Notes: a model not told the origin generated them from the sequence alone. A stretch of 64,000 nt of DNA from a virus (IMGVR_UViG_3300025120_010521); one strand, 5' to 3'; shown: positions 1-10,068, numbered from the stretch's first letter. Numbers and translations: made by a program.

Positions 1-357
1 TTTATTTCTATGTAATAATTTTACTACGTCTTGAGGATTAAATCCAATATCTGCGTCAATAAACATTAGATGAGTATAATTTGGATTTTGTAAAAACATT
101 GCTAGTAAAGTATTTCTAGCTCTAGTAACAAGACTTTCATTTGAAAGTGTTGCTAGTGTAAAATTTAGCCCATAGTGTTTAAAAAGAATTGATAACCCTG
201 TCATTGCTTTTAGATAAGGTTCTCCAACCATTCCGCCATAACAAGGTGTTGCAACCATAACGTGAGCTTTTCTTAACTCTTCCATGTCAACGTCAATACG
301 TGTATTCATGTTTTGACTTAATGGTTCATTTAATTTGTTTTTATCTTTTTTACTCAT
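1..357 (-). CDS. GT-A fold glycosyltransferase-like protein (partial, runs off window start)
   Basis: Not in ORF track. My translation from ATG 357: MSKKDKNKLNEP...HVMVATPCYGGMV...SNESLVTRARN...THLMFIDADIGF. ATPCYGG and DxD motifs; SD GGAG overlapping the fdxA stop. Confidence 0.7.
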   Translation of the reverse strand, partial: MSKKDKNKLNEPLSQNMNTRIDVDMEELRKAHVMVATPCYGGMVGEPYLKAMTGLSILFKHYGLNFTLATLSNESLVTRARNTLLAMFLQNPNYTHLMFIDADIGFNPQDVVKLLHRNK

Positions 358-360
358 TTA

Positions 361-726
361 TTAATCTCCTGTTCCAGGGTTTTCAGAAAGTAAATCTCTT
401 TTGGATTTTTGGTCTGGCATATTAGCTGGACTGTATTCTTCTGCTTCTGGTAACGCATCTTTCTTTTTTGTTATATTTGGCCATTTCTTTGCATACTCAG
501 TATTTATATGAACCCAATAGTCTAATTCACTTTTTGCAATATTTGGGTCTGTATCTGCCACAATTGCATCTACCGGACATTCTGGTTCACACACTCCACA
601 ATCAATACATTCATCTGGGTTGATTGCTAAAAAATTTTCACCTTCGTAAAAACAATCAACAGGACAAACTTCTACACAGTCTGTATGTTTACATTTTATA
701 CACTCGTCTTTTACTATGTATGTCAT
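361..726 (-). CDS. fdxA: FdxA-type dicluster ferredoxin
   Basis: [17 protein letters not shown] and [12 protein letters not shown] motifs plus the C-terminal extension typical of proteobacterial FdxA. Confidence 0.93.
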   Translation of the reverse strand: MTYIVKDECIKCKHTDCVEVCPVDCFYEGENFLAINPDECIDCGVCEPECPVDAIVADTDPNIAKSELDYWVHINTEYAKKWPNITKKKDALPEAEEYSPANMPDQKSKRDLLSENPGTGD

Positions 727-732
727 ACTGAT

Positions 733-761
733 ATAATACTACAAATACCCATGTTAGTCAA
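733..761 (-). promoter_or_regulatory. sigma70-type promoter TTGACT-N17-TATTAT, 6 nt before fdxA ATG
   Basis: Read directly from sequence. Confidence 0.7.
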
Positions 762-764
762 GAT

Positions 765-1391
765 TTAAACAAGTATATCTGATATAGATGGTTTTGGTTT
801 ATCTTGATGTTTTTCATGATTAGATATTGTAGATTGAGAATAACCAAAGCCTGCCATTACCGCTGGTTCACCTTCAATACCTAAAAAGTCTTTTAAATAA
901 TTTTTGTCAAAACAAGCACAAAATCCAGTCTGTATTCCAAGAAGTTCTGCTGTAAGTACAGTATTCCAACAAGACAAACCAACATCTAAGTAATCGTTAT
1001 TGATTGGGTCTCCATCGGCAAAATACCAAACTAAAACTAAAGGTGCTAATAGTTGACCATTAATTTTTGATGACAGTATTCCTTTGCTTTGCCAGTCACA
1101 TGCTTCATTATATGATCTAGGACTGCGTATTACCATTTCTTCACTATTATCCTCGTATCTAACATTTTGTTTAGATACTGTACAAACATAATCGTATAAA
1201 TCAAGTTTTGCTTTTCGATGACTTAATCCTTGTCCTAGTACTTTAACTTTAAAGTTATATCTATTATTACATGATGGTGTTTTGTTTACAGCTTCTGTAA
1301 TTTTTGTTATATGATCTGAATTTATAGGATGTCCGTCAAAATCCTTAACTGTTGACCTTTGTTGTAATATATTTTCTAATTGTTCTAACAT
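765..1391 (-). CDS. Nitroreductase-family flavoprotein
   Basis: QRSTVKDF (R-S-x-R/K FMN motif), TPSCNNR, DVGLSCWN...AELLGIQTGF, VMAGFGY. Confidence 0.7.
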   Translation of the reverse strand: MLEQLENILQQRSTVKDFDGHPINSDHITKITEAVNKTPSCNNRYNFKVKVLGQGLSHRKAKLDLYDYVCTVSKQNVRYEDNSEEMVIRSPRSYNEACDWQSKGILSSKINGQLLAPLVLVWYFADGDPINNDYLDVGLSCWNTVLTAELLGIQTGFCACFDKNYLKDFLGIEGEPAVMAGFGYSQSTISNHEKHQDKPKPSISDILV

Positions 1392-1396
1392 GCAAA

Positions 1397-1404
1397 TATT
1401 TATA
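1397..1404 (-). promoter_or_regulatory. T4-type late promoter TATAAATA, 5 nt before nitroreductase ATG
   Basis: Exact T4 late consensus. Confidence 0.7.
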
Positions 1405-1436
1405 AGTTAAGTGTTGCTATTATATACTTTTATTTC

Positions 1437-1526
1437 TGGCGGAGAGAGTGAGATTCGAACTCACGAAAGAGTTGCCCCTTTGCCGGTTTTCAAGACCGGT
1501 GCTTTCAACCGCTCAGCCATCTCTCC
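1437..1526 (-). tRNA. tRNA-Ser(UGA), encoded CCA end
   Basis: Acceptor stem GGAGAGA/TCTCTCC, discriminator G, then CCA; anticodon arm CCGGT-CTTGAAA-ACCGG; long variable arm; T-loop GTTCGAATC. Confidence 0.96.
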
Positions 1527-1538
1527 GTATAATAATAC

Positions 1539-2084
1539 TTATGTCATCATAGGTTGTGATAACTTGTCTAGTACTTCTTCTTTAAACAGTTTACAACCTT
1601 TGGCAACATTCTTTGCCCAATCATCTGATGCATTGCTATCAGCTGAATCGGAAATATACTTGTAACATAAAAATTCAACTTCATACTTTTTACAAACTTT
1701 TGCAATTGCATATGATTCCATATCAACAACATCACAATCTATTTTTGGTTTTGATGTTACAAAAGTGTCGCCTGTACCGCAAACAACATCAGGCTGTCCT
1801 AACATGATATCTTTTTCATATGGGGTTTGACCAAGTTTAAAATTTAAAGGCCTTGCATCCATATCTCTATCAACAAATCCAGTAACTTGCACTAATCCGT
1901 TTATATTAGGTTTTATAGATCCTGCTGTGCCGTAGTTAATAATTAATTTTGGTTTATAATCTTTTATGATTTGTGTTGTAGTTGTTGCGGCATTAATTTT
2001 ACCAACGCCTGTAAAAAATACATCAGTGTAGTAAAGGCCTTCAATTTCTTCGGGTATTGCACATAATACAATTGTATTAATCAT
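1539..2084 (-). CDS. mtnN: 5'-methylthioadenosine/SAH nucleosidase
   Basis: TGVGKINAA, INYGTAGS, VDMESYAIA, KYISDSAD motifs of the MTA/SAH nucleosidase (PNP_UDP) family. Confidence 0.85.
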   Translation of the reverse strand: MINTIVLCAIPEEIEGLYYTDVFFTGVGKINAATTTTQIIKDYKPKLIINYGTAGSIKPNINGLVQVTGFVDRDMDARPLNFKLGQTPYEKDIMLGQPDVVCGTGDTFVTSKPKIDCDVVDMESYAIAKVCKKYEVEFLCYKYISDSADSNASDDWAKNVAKGCKLFKEEVLDKLSQPMMT

Positions 2085-2085
2085 T

Positions 2086-3006
2086 TTATGTAAATTTCTT
2101 TATAGTCTGTAATAAACCAAATCCGGCAATACCTGCCATAATTAAATGCTTCATACAAGGATCACTCATTAGTCCATCTAATAGACCAGCTATTGCGGCA
2201 TTGGTGATTATTTGTATTGCTGATGCTAAATTTTTTAAATCCGCTAATATCATTTGTGCTAATTGTATAATATGTCCAATTATTCCTGTAACAAGATTTA
2301 ATATACCAAGTGCTTGGCTAATAAAATTTAGTATTTGATTTAATACTCCTGCACCTTTAGATAATGCACCAAATATATCATCAATAAATGCACAAGGCCC
2401 TGTGCCTACTGCGGCCGCGGACCCTAACGATGTACTAAGAGCATTTATACCTTGTCCAATTGATAACATTTGTCCAATTGGTTTTGGTAAATGTCCTGTA
2501 GGTAAACTAAATGTTGGTCCTCCTTGTACTCCCATAAATGAAAAAGGATTTGAGTTTCCATAATCTGTTTGATCTACACCACTTTGTATATTTGTATGTC
2601 TGTTAAAATCATTTAATATTCCATCAACTTTGCTTAATTCAAGAACTTCAGCATCAGATAACTTTCTTGCGGCGCCGCCACTTTCAATCATACTGCCTGG
2701 CACTGTTGCTCTAGTAGAATAGTTAGGATCATTCCATCCAGCTGGTAAACTGTTTAGTCCTACCCAACCATTACTATTACCATCATACAAGTTTGATTTA
2801 ATTTTAGAAATATTTTCTGTGTGTGGATTTTTAAATGCCGCCATAGTTTTAATATCATTGCCCCAAAGATCTTTTCCATCTTTTGTATCAAATAATCCAT
2901 TTGTTAGACTTTCTTTTGCAATAGGTCCTAAACTTTGACTAATAGCCGACCCTTCGAATCCTTTATATAATCCTTGATCTTCACCTGGTAATATTGTTTG
3001 TGCCAT
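2086..3006 (-). CDS. Hypothetical protein with long amphipathic/hydrophobic C-terminus, adjacent to PAAR
   Basis: 306-aa ORF with SD AAGGA; no recognised family. Confidence 0.6.
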   Translation of the reverse strand: MAQTILPGEDQGLYKGFEGSAISQSLGPIAKESLTNGLFDTKDGKDLWGNDIKTMAAFKNPHTENISKIKSNLYDGNSNGWVGLNSLPAGWNDPNYSTRATVPGSMIESGGAARKLSDAEVLELSKVDGILNDFNRHTNIQSGVDQTDYGNSNPFSFMGVQGGPTFSLPTGHLPKPIGQMLSIGQGINALSTSLGSAAAVGTGPCAFIDDIFGALSKGAGVLNQILNFISQALGILNLVTGIIGHIIQLAQMILADLKNLASAIQIITNAAIAGLLDGLMSDPCMKHLIMAGIAGFGLLQTIKKFT

Positions 3007-3015
3007 TTTTATTCC

Positions 3016-3306
3016 TTAACTATTTGCTATCACGTTTGGTGATCCTGCATTTACTTTTATTCCACAACTGTAAGTATCGCCAATTCTTCCAACTGGCTGA
3101 TTATTTACATATACATTTGGAGATCCACTTGCAAGTATTGTTGAGTGAGGTACGCAAAGTATAAAACCATGCGGAGTATTAGAATCACCTACTCTGTGTA
3201 CAGGTATATGATTAGCCAATACGTTTGGCGACCCTGTTGCACACGATCCTGGTGCACAAGGTGGATGATTTGTATCTGCATCACCTATTCTTGCTACATG
3301 TGGCAT
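3016..3306 (-). CDS. PAAR-motif baseplate spike tip (gp5.4-like)
   Basis: Three repeats VARIGD/VHRVGD/VGRIGD with GSPNV; His/Cys metal ligands. Confidence 0.92.
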   Translation of the reverse strand: MPHVARIGDADTNHPPCAPGSCATGSPNVLANHIPVHRVGDSNTPHGFILCVPHSTILASGSPNVYVNNQPVGRIGDTYSCGIKVNAGSPNVIANS

Positions 3307-3334
3307 TTTGCTTCTCCTATTATATTAGTATTTA

Positions 3335-3643
3335 TTACGTAACTAATGACGGTGTGCTAGGAGTAACAAGTTTTGATGTACTTTGTGTGTAAGCATCTTT
3401 GGCCTGTTTGTTAGCCAAAACTGCTGTAATTATAGTACTTTTTAAAAAATCAAAAGTTGCTTCAGGATCAGCCATAATCACGTATGCTGTCATTCCAACA
3501 CCTTGTTGAGTCATTGCTAGTGCTAGTGGCTTAGATACTTTGTAAGAAGTATCAGTTTCTTCTATTAATTTACCAATTACTTCATCACTACCAACAGTAC
3601 GAAATACTACAATGTCATCTTTGTTTAGTTTTTGTTTTAACAT
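3335..3643 (-). CDS. Sm/Hfq-like small beta-barrel protein
   Basis: IVVFRTVGSDEVIGKL...YKVSKPLAL pattern seen in phage Sm-like proteins. Confidence 0.5.
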   Translation of the reverse strand: MLKQKLNKDDIVVFRTVGSDEVIGKLIEETDTSYKVSKPLALAMTQQGVGMTAYVIMADPEATFDFLKSTIITAVLANKQAKDAYTQSTSKLVTPSTPSLVT

Positions 3644-3646
3644 GTT

Positions 3647-4444
3647 TTACTTTCTATTTTCAAAATATGGAATAAAAATATCATCAACAATCTTTTTCCA
3701 ATGTTTACTATTTAGATGCTTACCATCTGCATAATAATTTTTATCGTTTTGCGACTTGTTTATATAATCACGTATATTTTTATATCCTATTTGTTTGTTT
3801 ATACATTTTATATTATACTTACTTATTATTGATTTGTCAATACTACTACTAAAATTAAACCATGTATGATCTATATTTTTACTATCAAGGTATCCTGATA
3901 TTAGCACACAAACACTGAACAATTGATCTTCATAATAACCTTTGTTCCTATATACATTTATTCTTGTAGATTGCTGTAAAATTGACGCTGGTAACTGATT
4001 TTTAAACTTTTGAAATTTTTCTAATTTAATAGGATTAATGTCAGTGTCTCCATTATTTATTTTATAAAGATAATCTTCTTGAGAAAAAGTTTGATCCTCA
4101 TTATATCCTTTTTCATTATATTCAATCCAATGTTTATCATTTAAGACATCTCCTGATTGATACCTATTGTCTTCAACTGCAAACTCATATCTATCACGTG
4201 ATGGAATTTCTAAAAGAATAAAGTCTGGATTTATATCTTTTACTACGGAAATAATTCTAGCTGGATATGACTGTATTCCATATGATCCTAACGCACGATT
4301 GTAATAACTTTTGTAGCCTAGTTTTGTAGAAAGGTACTCTGACCATCTCTGTTCATTTTTCCAATCAACATAATGATCAGTGTCAATATTACTTCTGCAT
4401 TTTTCTTGAGTATGGCTTGTACCAATCGCCACAAACTTTTTCAT
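3647..4444 (-). CDS. SGNH/GDSL hydrolase-like protein
   Basis: N-terminal VAIGTSHT (GxS block I), NRALGSYG (block II), C-terminal DGKHLN (DxxH). Confidence 0.55.
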   Translation of the reverse strand: MKKFVAIGTSHTQEKCRSNIDTDHYVDWKNEQRWSEYLSTKLGYKSYYNRALGSYGIQSYPARIISVVKDINPDFILLEIPSRDRYEFAVEDNRYQSGDVLNDKHWIEYNEKGYNEDQTFSQEDYLYKINNGDTDINPIKLEKFQKFKNQLPASILQQSTRINVYRNKGYYEDQLFSVCVLISGYLDSKNIDHTWFNFSSSIDKSIISKYNIKCINKQIGYKNIRDYINKSQNDKNYYADGKHLNSKHWKKIVDDIFIPYFENRK

Positions 4445-4446
4445 AA

Positions 4447-5547
4447 TTACAATTCAAAGTTTTCAAAAGTTTTATCATCGACATCTTGTTTTAGTCCGCC
4501 AATAATATATGATTCTACTTCAGTTTCTTGTGGTGCAACTTGCAATCCAGCACTTGACAACCAGTTTGCTGTCCAAGGTAAAGGATTAGCATTTGCTGGT
4601 ATATCATATATTGGATCATAGCCAATTGCTTTTAATCTTTTATTTGCAATCCATTCAACGTAACTGCCTAAAAGTTTTTCATTTAAACCAATAATTGAGC
4701 CATCTTTAAATAAATGTCTTGCCCATGCTTTTTCTTCTTCAACACAGTTTCTAAACATTTCAATTACAGTTTTATCTAAACCTTTAATTGCTTTTGTCAT
4801 ACCAGCATCATCATTTTTATGCCAGTTTTTAATAACCTGTGTTGATAGGTTTAAATGAGTTGCTTCATCACGTGCAATAAGCGAAATAATTTTTGCTGAG
4901 CCTTCCATAAGTTTAAGCTCACCAAATGCAAAAGTACAAGCAAAAGAAACATAAAATCTTAAACCTTCTAAGATGTTTACATTAATCATTGCAAGGTATA
5001 ATGCTTTTTTAACTTCTATAATATCACCTTCACCTTTAACAAAATAATTTTCAGCCATTTTAGAAAACCTATCATAATTTTCTGTAACTGAAACTGCACG
5101 TTTTAAAATTTCTTCATCATTTAAAATTGTGTCAAATACTTCACTTGGATCAGCATATACGTTTTTCATAATATGTGTATATGAACGTGAGTGTATTGTT
5201 TCAAAAAAGTCCCAAGTAACAATACATCCTTCTAATTCTGGATTTGATACATAAGGTAAAAAAGCCAAACTTGGTCCACGTCCTTGAACTGAATCAAGGA
5301 GTGTTTGATATTTTAAGTTTGATGTAAAAATATGCTTTTGTTCTGGTCTAAATGTTTGATAGTCAGCACGATCTTTTTGTAATGAGACTTCTTCAGGTCT
5401 CCAAAAATATCCAAGCATAGTTTGGTTAAGTTTATCTAAAGCAGGATATTTAAATACGTCATATCTCTGCACACTCTGATCTGCCCCAAAAAACATAGGT
5501 TCTTTGGTAAAATCTACTTCATTTCTATTGAATACTGTTTTTGCCAT
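4447..5547 (-). CDS. nrdB: Class Ia ribonucleotide reductase beta subunit
   Basis: FWRPEEV, ETIHSRSY, EGLRFYVSF, DEATH di-iron motifs; C-terminal APQETEVESY. Confidence 0.97.
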   Translation of the reverse strand: MAKTVFNRNEVDFTKEPMFFGADQSVQRYDVFKYPALDKLNQTMLGYFWRPEEVSLQKDRADYQTFRPEQKHIFTSNLKYQTLLDSVQGRGPSLAFLPYVSNPELEGCIVTWDFFETIHSRSYTHIMKNVYADPSEVFDTILNDEEILKRAVSVTENYDRFSKMAENYFVKGEGDIIEVKKALYLAMINVNILEGLRFYVSFACTFAFGELKLMEGSAKIISLIARDEATHLNLSTQVIKNWHKNDDAGMTKAIKGLDKTVIEMFRNCVEEEKAWARHLFKDGSIIGLNEKLLGSYVEWIANKRLKAIGYDPIYDIPANANPLPWTANWLSSAGLQVAPQETEVESYIIGGLKQDVDDKTFENFEL

Positions 5548-5553
5548 ATTTCT

Positions 5554-5581
5554 ATTATATACTCTTTTACTACCTTGTCAA
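5554..5581 (-). promoter_or_regulatory. sigma70 promoter TTGACA-N16-TATAAT, 6 nt before nrdB ATG
   Basis: Read directly from sequence. Confidence 0.75.
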
Positions 5582-5588
5582 TATTTAT

Positions 5589-7934
5589 TTAAATTGCACA
5601 CGAATCACATGCCTCATTGTCTTGTGATTGTTGCTGTTCTGCAACTCCTAATGCTTCGTCTAAAGTTGCAATATTTTCGTTATCAGTGATATTTGGTTCT
5701 TCTTCCATACCTTTGAAATCATAAGTGTTTTGATAGTATGATGTTTTCCAACCAAGTTTATATGTTGTTAAAAAATCTTTTGTTAATACACTCATAGGAA
5801 CTTCATTGTTGTCAAATTTTGTTGGATTGTAACTCCAGTTTCCACTGATTGCTTGATCAAAATATTTCTGCATTGCCGCTACAATATTAATGTATCCTTC
5901 GTTGTTAGGCATTTCCCATAATAATGTGTAATACTTTTTGTAGGTTTCGTACTGTGGTACTATTTGTTTTAATGGACCTTTTTTAGATTTTTTAACTGAC
6001 AAATAACCTCTTGGTGGTTCAATACCATTTGTTGCATTACCTACCACACTTGATGATTCCGAAGGCATTTGTGCTGAAAGTGTTGAGTGTCTTAATCCAT
6101 GTTCAACAATATCTTTTCTTAATGCTTCCCAATCCATATTTAATTTTGAAGATACAATTGTATCAACATCTTTTTTATATGTATCAATTGGTAGTATTCC
6201 TTTTGAATATTTTGTTTTTTTAAAATATGCACATGGACCTTTTTCTTTTGCAATAGTATTTGATGCTTTTAGCAAGTAATACTGAAATGCTTCTGACAGT
6301 TCATTTACCATCTGCCATGCTTGTTTGTCGCTGTACATAACTTTGTTTTTAGCCAAATAGTGTGCTAACCCAATATATCCAATACCAAGTGATCGTCTTG
6401 CTTTTGTACTAATTTCTGCCGCTTTTACAGGGTACTGCTGATGATCAATAATTTGTTCTAACCCACGTACACCTAAGTCGCAAAGTGTTTCTAACTCTTT
6501 TAAATCTTTAATTACACCAACATTAATAGCACTTAAAATACAAAGTGCAATTTCACCTTTGCCATCAATGTGTTGTAGAGGATCAGTTGGTAATGTAATT
6601 TCTTGACATAGATTTGACATACGTACTGTATCAAGAAATGAACTGTGATCATTTGTATGATCTATATTCATAATATATATTCTACCTGTTTCTGCACGTT
6701 CTTTTAATACATCGCCAATAAGTGTTCTTGCTGGTATAGTTTTCTTAGGAACTGATGTATCTTTTTCATATTTTTTATACAATGCATCAAATTTAGATGT
6801 ACCAAATGCTTCATACAATCCTGGCACTTCATGTGGTGAGAACAAAGTAATGTCTCCGCCTTTAATAAATCTTTCATAGAATATTTTTGATAGTTGAATT
6901 GAATAATCTAATTTACGCACTCTATTATCTTCTGTACCTTTATTATTTTTTAATACAAGAATGTCTTCAATTTCTTGATGCCATATTGGGAAGTGTACAG
7001 TTGCACTACCACCACGTACTCCATTTTGTGTACAACATCTAACAGTTGACTCAAACTTTTTAAGAAATGGGACAACGCCAGTGTGTGCTACTTCGCCTCC
7101 CCTAATACGTGAATTAATTCCACGTATTCTACCTGCATTAATTCCAATGCCGGCTCTTTGTGCAATATACTTGCCAATTGCCATGTCTGATGAAAAAATA
7201 GAATCTAATGTATCGTCAACATCAACTAGTACACATGATGCATATTGTTTTAATGGTGTGCGTACTCCTGCCATAACTGGCGTAGGAATATTAATTTTAA
7301 ATTTTGAAACTGCATCGTAATATCTTTTAATATAAGACATTCTTTTTTCTTTTGGATAGTCATGAAACAATGTTGCCGCAATTAACATATACATATACTG
7401 CGGTGTTTCAAAAACTTTACCAGAGCTTCTATCTTGTACAAGATATTTGTCGCTAACTTGTCTTAAACCTGCGTATGTAAAATCATAATCTCTATCATGT
7501 TTAATGTATGAATCTAATGTTTTGAATTCATCATCACTAAACCATTTCATAATGTTTGGGTCGTATAAACCTTTTTCAACGTTTCTACCAACCAAAAATT
7601 GTAATGGTACTTGATATGCATGATCAATGTGTTTACCAAATACTTCTTTTCTAATTGTAAATAGTAAAAGTCTTGAAGCTACATATTGATAATTTGGTGC
7701 TTCTAATGTAATTAAATCATTTGCTGATCTAATTAAAATTTCTTGAATTTGTTGTGTTGTCATTTGATTTGAAAACTGTAAACCAGAATTCATTTCAACT
7801 AATGACGGAGAAACTCCTGATAGACCCTCACAAGCCGCCTCTGTCATTTTGTGAACCTTGTTGACGTCTAAAGGTTCTTGTTGTCCATCTCTTTTTATGA
7901 TAAAAATTTCTTCTTGACTCTTTGTTGCGTTCAT
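5589..7934 (-). CDS. nrdA: Class Ia ribonucleotide reductase alpha subunit with ATP-cone
   Basis: IIKRDG ATP-cone, ASCVL, SNLCQEI, ALCIL, C-terminal CDSCAI. Confidence 0.97.
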   Translation of the reverse strand: MNATKSQEEIFIIKRDGQQEPLDVNKVHKMTEAACEGLSGVSPSLVEMNSGLQFSNQMTTQQIQEILIRSANDLITLEAPNYQYVASRLLLFTIRKEVFGKHIDHAYQVPLQFLVGRNVEKGLYDPNIMKWFSDDEFKTLDSYIKHDRDYDFTYAGLRQVSDKYLVQDRSSGKVFETPQYMYMLIAATLFHDYPKEKRMSYIKRYYDAVSKFKINIPTPVMAGVRTPLKQYASCVLVDVDDTLDSIFSSDMAIGKYIAQRAGIGINAGRIRGINSRIRGGEVAHTGVVPFLKKFESTVRCCTQNGVRGGSATVHFPIWHQEIEDILVLKNNKGTEDNRVRKLDYSIQLSKIFYERFIKGGDITLFSPHEVPGLYEAFGTSKFDALYKKYEKDTSVPKKTIPARTLIGDVLKERAETGRIYIMNIDHTNDHSSFLDTVRMSNLCQEITLPTDPLQHIDGKGEIALCILSAINVGVIKDLKELETLCDLGVRGLEQIIDHQQYPVKAAEISTKARRSLGIGYIGLAHYLAKNKVMYSDKQAWQMVNELSEAFQYYLLKASNTIAKEKGPCAYFKKTKYSKGILPIDTYKKDVDTIVSSKLNMDWEALRKDIVEHGLRHSTLSAQMPSESSSVVGNATNGIEPPRGYLSVKKSKKGPLKQIVPQYETYKKYYTLLWEMPNNEGYINIVAAMQKYFDQAISGNWSYNPTKFDNNEVPMSVLTKDFLTTYKLGWKTSYYQNTYDFKGMEEEPNITDNENIATLDEALGVAEQQQSQDNEACDSCAI

Positions 7935-7975
7935 ACTCTCATATACCTTAATTCTTTTTATTCAGCACAATATTA

Positions 7976-8005
7976 ATTATACTATCACAGCCACAATAAA
8001 AGCAA
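7976..8005 (-). promoter_or_regulatory. Putative sigma70 promoter TTGCTT-N18-TATAAT for nrdA
   Basis: Read from sequence; suboptimal -35 and spacing. Confidence 0.45.
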
Positions 8006-8019
8006 TAGTTAAATTCAAA

Positions 8020-8040
8020 TTAACAGAAAAAATCTGTTAA
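8020..8040. terminator. Inverted repeat TTAACAG-N7-CTGTTAA between tail-fibre-like gene and nrdA
   Basis: 7-bp perfect stem in the intergenic region; weak U-tract. Confidence 0.35.
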
Positions 8041-8050
8041 CAACCTAAGG

Positions 8051-9340
8051 TTAGGCTGGCTGTAACCAACGTTCTATTTTATAAGATAGTTTGGCAATAG
8101 AAGCATTTGCATTTGCATATTTAAATTGCAATTTAGAACTGCTTATAGCCGCTGAGAATGTAACATCTGCTGTTGCATTTGTTTCAACATGCATATCGTT
8201 AATAGCTGTGTTTGTACCATCTGTGGTAATATATATAGTACCTGTTCTATAATTTGATCCTAAGGATAAACTATAATCTATTTTATAAACATTTGCTTCT
8301 GTTAACAAATATTCTAACACTGTACCGTTACCACTTGCGGTTAGTGTTGCTGTTTGCATTGATCCAATATATTGATTTGTTTGATACTGTGGATAACTTG
8401 CCTCAGTAAAAATTTCAACATTATTTGCCACCCTTGCAACTGCTGAACCTCTTTTTTTGTTAATATACTTTGTAACATTAAATGCTTGTCTTGGTGTATC
8501 CAAATCAATTTTTAAACTTGAATTAATTTCAATTGCTCTAACTGGTGTATGTATAGCAGAATTTTCACCTAAGAAAGTTCCATATGTTGTACTACCATTT
8601 ACAGATGTTGGAACATTAATTTTTCCATCTGTGCCATCAAAACAATCTGATGACCCTGTTGTTAATGCTGTATATTCTGAACCACTTGTATATTCAACAA
8701 AACCTGTTCCTGTTGTTGTATCAACATAAACTTGATTATTGTTTAAATCATTTTCTTGCCAATAGTTATAAGATGCAACTGCATTGTTACTTGCTTCCCA
8801 ATTAGCTCTTGCTCTTACGGCTTCCGTAATTCTTGCTTTTGTCCATTTACATACAAGTATCTTTGATCCAGTTTCTGGAATGTTTGGTGATTGAAATCTT
8901 AATATTCCATTACCGCCACTAAATGCTAATTCGTATTGTGTAGTTTCTAAAGTAGTTGGAATACCATTTACAAATTTAGTTACTACTATGTCACTTACTG
9001 TTGGTGAACTTAATGGATGGTTTGTTGGCATACCATTATTTGATCCTAGTGCAAAATCAGTAGTTGATCCATCACCGGAAAATACATTAGTACCAGAAAC
9101 TTTAAAAAGTAATATACCATTTGAAGCAACATTTCCGCCTAAGTCCTCTGTAACAAATGCTTTAATATTAAAAATATCATTTTTAACTTGCACATCTGTA
9201 TTAAGATTATCTTGATTTCCTACACCAATGTATAGTTCTCTTGTATCAAGTGCTAGACCAATTTCACCATCAGCTAAAGGCTGAGGTAAGTCTGCTTTTA
9301 AACCACGTCTGTTTTTAATTCTAGTATATGTTGTTGCCAC
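8051..9340 (-). CDS. Tail/baseplate fibre-associated structural protein with Mtd_N-like N-terminus
   Basis: RIKNRRG..ADLP.PLADGEIGLALDTRELYIG N-terminal domain; T/S/N/G-rich beta composition; late box upstream. Confidence 0.7.
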   Translation of the reverse strand: MATTYTRIKNRRGLKADLPQPLADGEIGLALDTRELYIGVGNQDNLNTDVQVKNDIFNIKAFVTEDLGGNVASNGILLFKVSGTNVFSGDGSTTDFALGSNNGMPTNHPLSSPTVSDIVVTKFVNGIPTTLETTQYELAFSGGNGILRFQSPNIPETGSKILVCKWTKARITEAVRARANWEASNNAVASYNYWQENDLNNNQVYVDTTTGTGFVEYTSGSEYTALTTGSSDCFDGTDGKINVPTSVNGSTTYGTFLGENSAIHTPVRAIEINSSLKIDLDTPRQAFNVTKYINKKRGSAVARVANNVEIFTEASYPQYQTNQYIGSMQTATLTASGNGTVLEYLLTEANVYKIDYSLSLGSNYRTGTIYITTDGTNTAINDMHVETNATADVTFSAAISSSKLQFKYANANASIAKLSYKIERWLQPA

Positions 9341-9360
9341 TGTACTACTCCAATATACTA

Positions 9361-10068
9361 CTATTTATTCATTTTGTAGTAAGTTTCAACTCTATCAAGC
9401 CACTTATCTGTAAATGTTTTAAATTCATTGCCTTCAACAACAAATTGTTGGTACTGATTATCATGTGTAACCATAAAAATAACGCCTTTTTGTATATTTG
9501 TGCCATATACTTCGTTGTGTGCTAGTGCATAAGCAGATGCCTGCATAAAATAATCATCAATCCATTCTTTTTTCTTAAATTTACGTGATGTTTTAAAGTC
9601 TCCTATAGCTGGTTCACCTTCATGTACACATATTAAGTCTGCTGTACCACCATATAGCCCAGGAAATGTTAAATGTGTTTCAATACCCCATACTTCATCA
9701 ACATTTTTAAGCCCATTTTCAATAACAGTTTCACTTAAATTTTTTGCTTGTACATATACTTGGTTTGTACCACTAGGACGCTCTACACCTTCAATATAAC
9801 ACTCTAGATGTTTGTGCATGATTGTACCTAAGTTTGCTGATTCAGTTACAATACGTTGAGCTTCTGTGGCTCCTACTCTTTTTTTCCAAGCATTTAGAGC
9901 CGTCATATCTTTAGTTTTGGATAGTATTGATGTTACTGACGGTACTGGATCACCCTTATCATTTACATAATAACGTTGACCGTCAACATTTTTTCTTTTA
10001 AATTCCTTATAATGAAATTTTTCAATTATTAACGATTTATTTTTTGCTTCTAGGTTTTCTTCCAACAT
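9361..10068 (-). CDS. PD-(D/E)XK exonuclease (MGME1/Cas4-like)
   Basis: PSVTSIL, GTIMHKHLE, GGTADL...IGDFKTS, QASAYA motifs. Confidence 0.85.
   Translation of the reverse strand: MLEENLEAKNKSLIIEKFHYKEFKRKNVDGQRYYVNDKGDPVPSVTSILSKTKDMTALNAWKKRVGATEAQRIVTESANLGTIMHKHLECYIEGVERPSGTNQVYVQAKNLSETVIENGLKNVDEVWGIETHLTFPGLYGGTADLICVHEGEPAIGDFKTSRKFKKKEWIDDYFMQASAYALAHNEVYGTNIQKGVIFMVTHDNQYQQFVVEGNEFKTFTDKWLDRVETYYKMNK

Noticed and set aside
1411-1665. Plus-strand 84-aa ORF over the tRNA
   Set aside because: Antisense to a perfect tRNA-Ser and to the end of mtnN; shadow ORF
7960-7985. Possible NrdR box upstream of nrdA (CACAATATTAATT)
   Set aside because: Only a half match in very AT-rich DNA and no second box
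9361-10068. Cas4 call for the exonuclease
   Set aside because: Lacks the Cas4 four-Cys Fe-S ligands and has no cas context; generic PD-(D/E)XK
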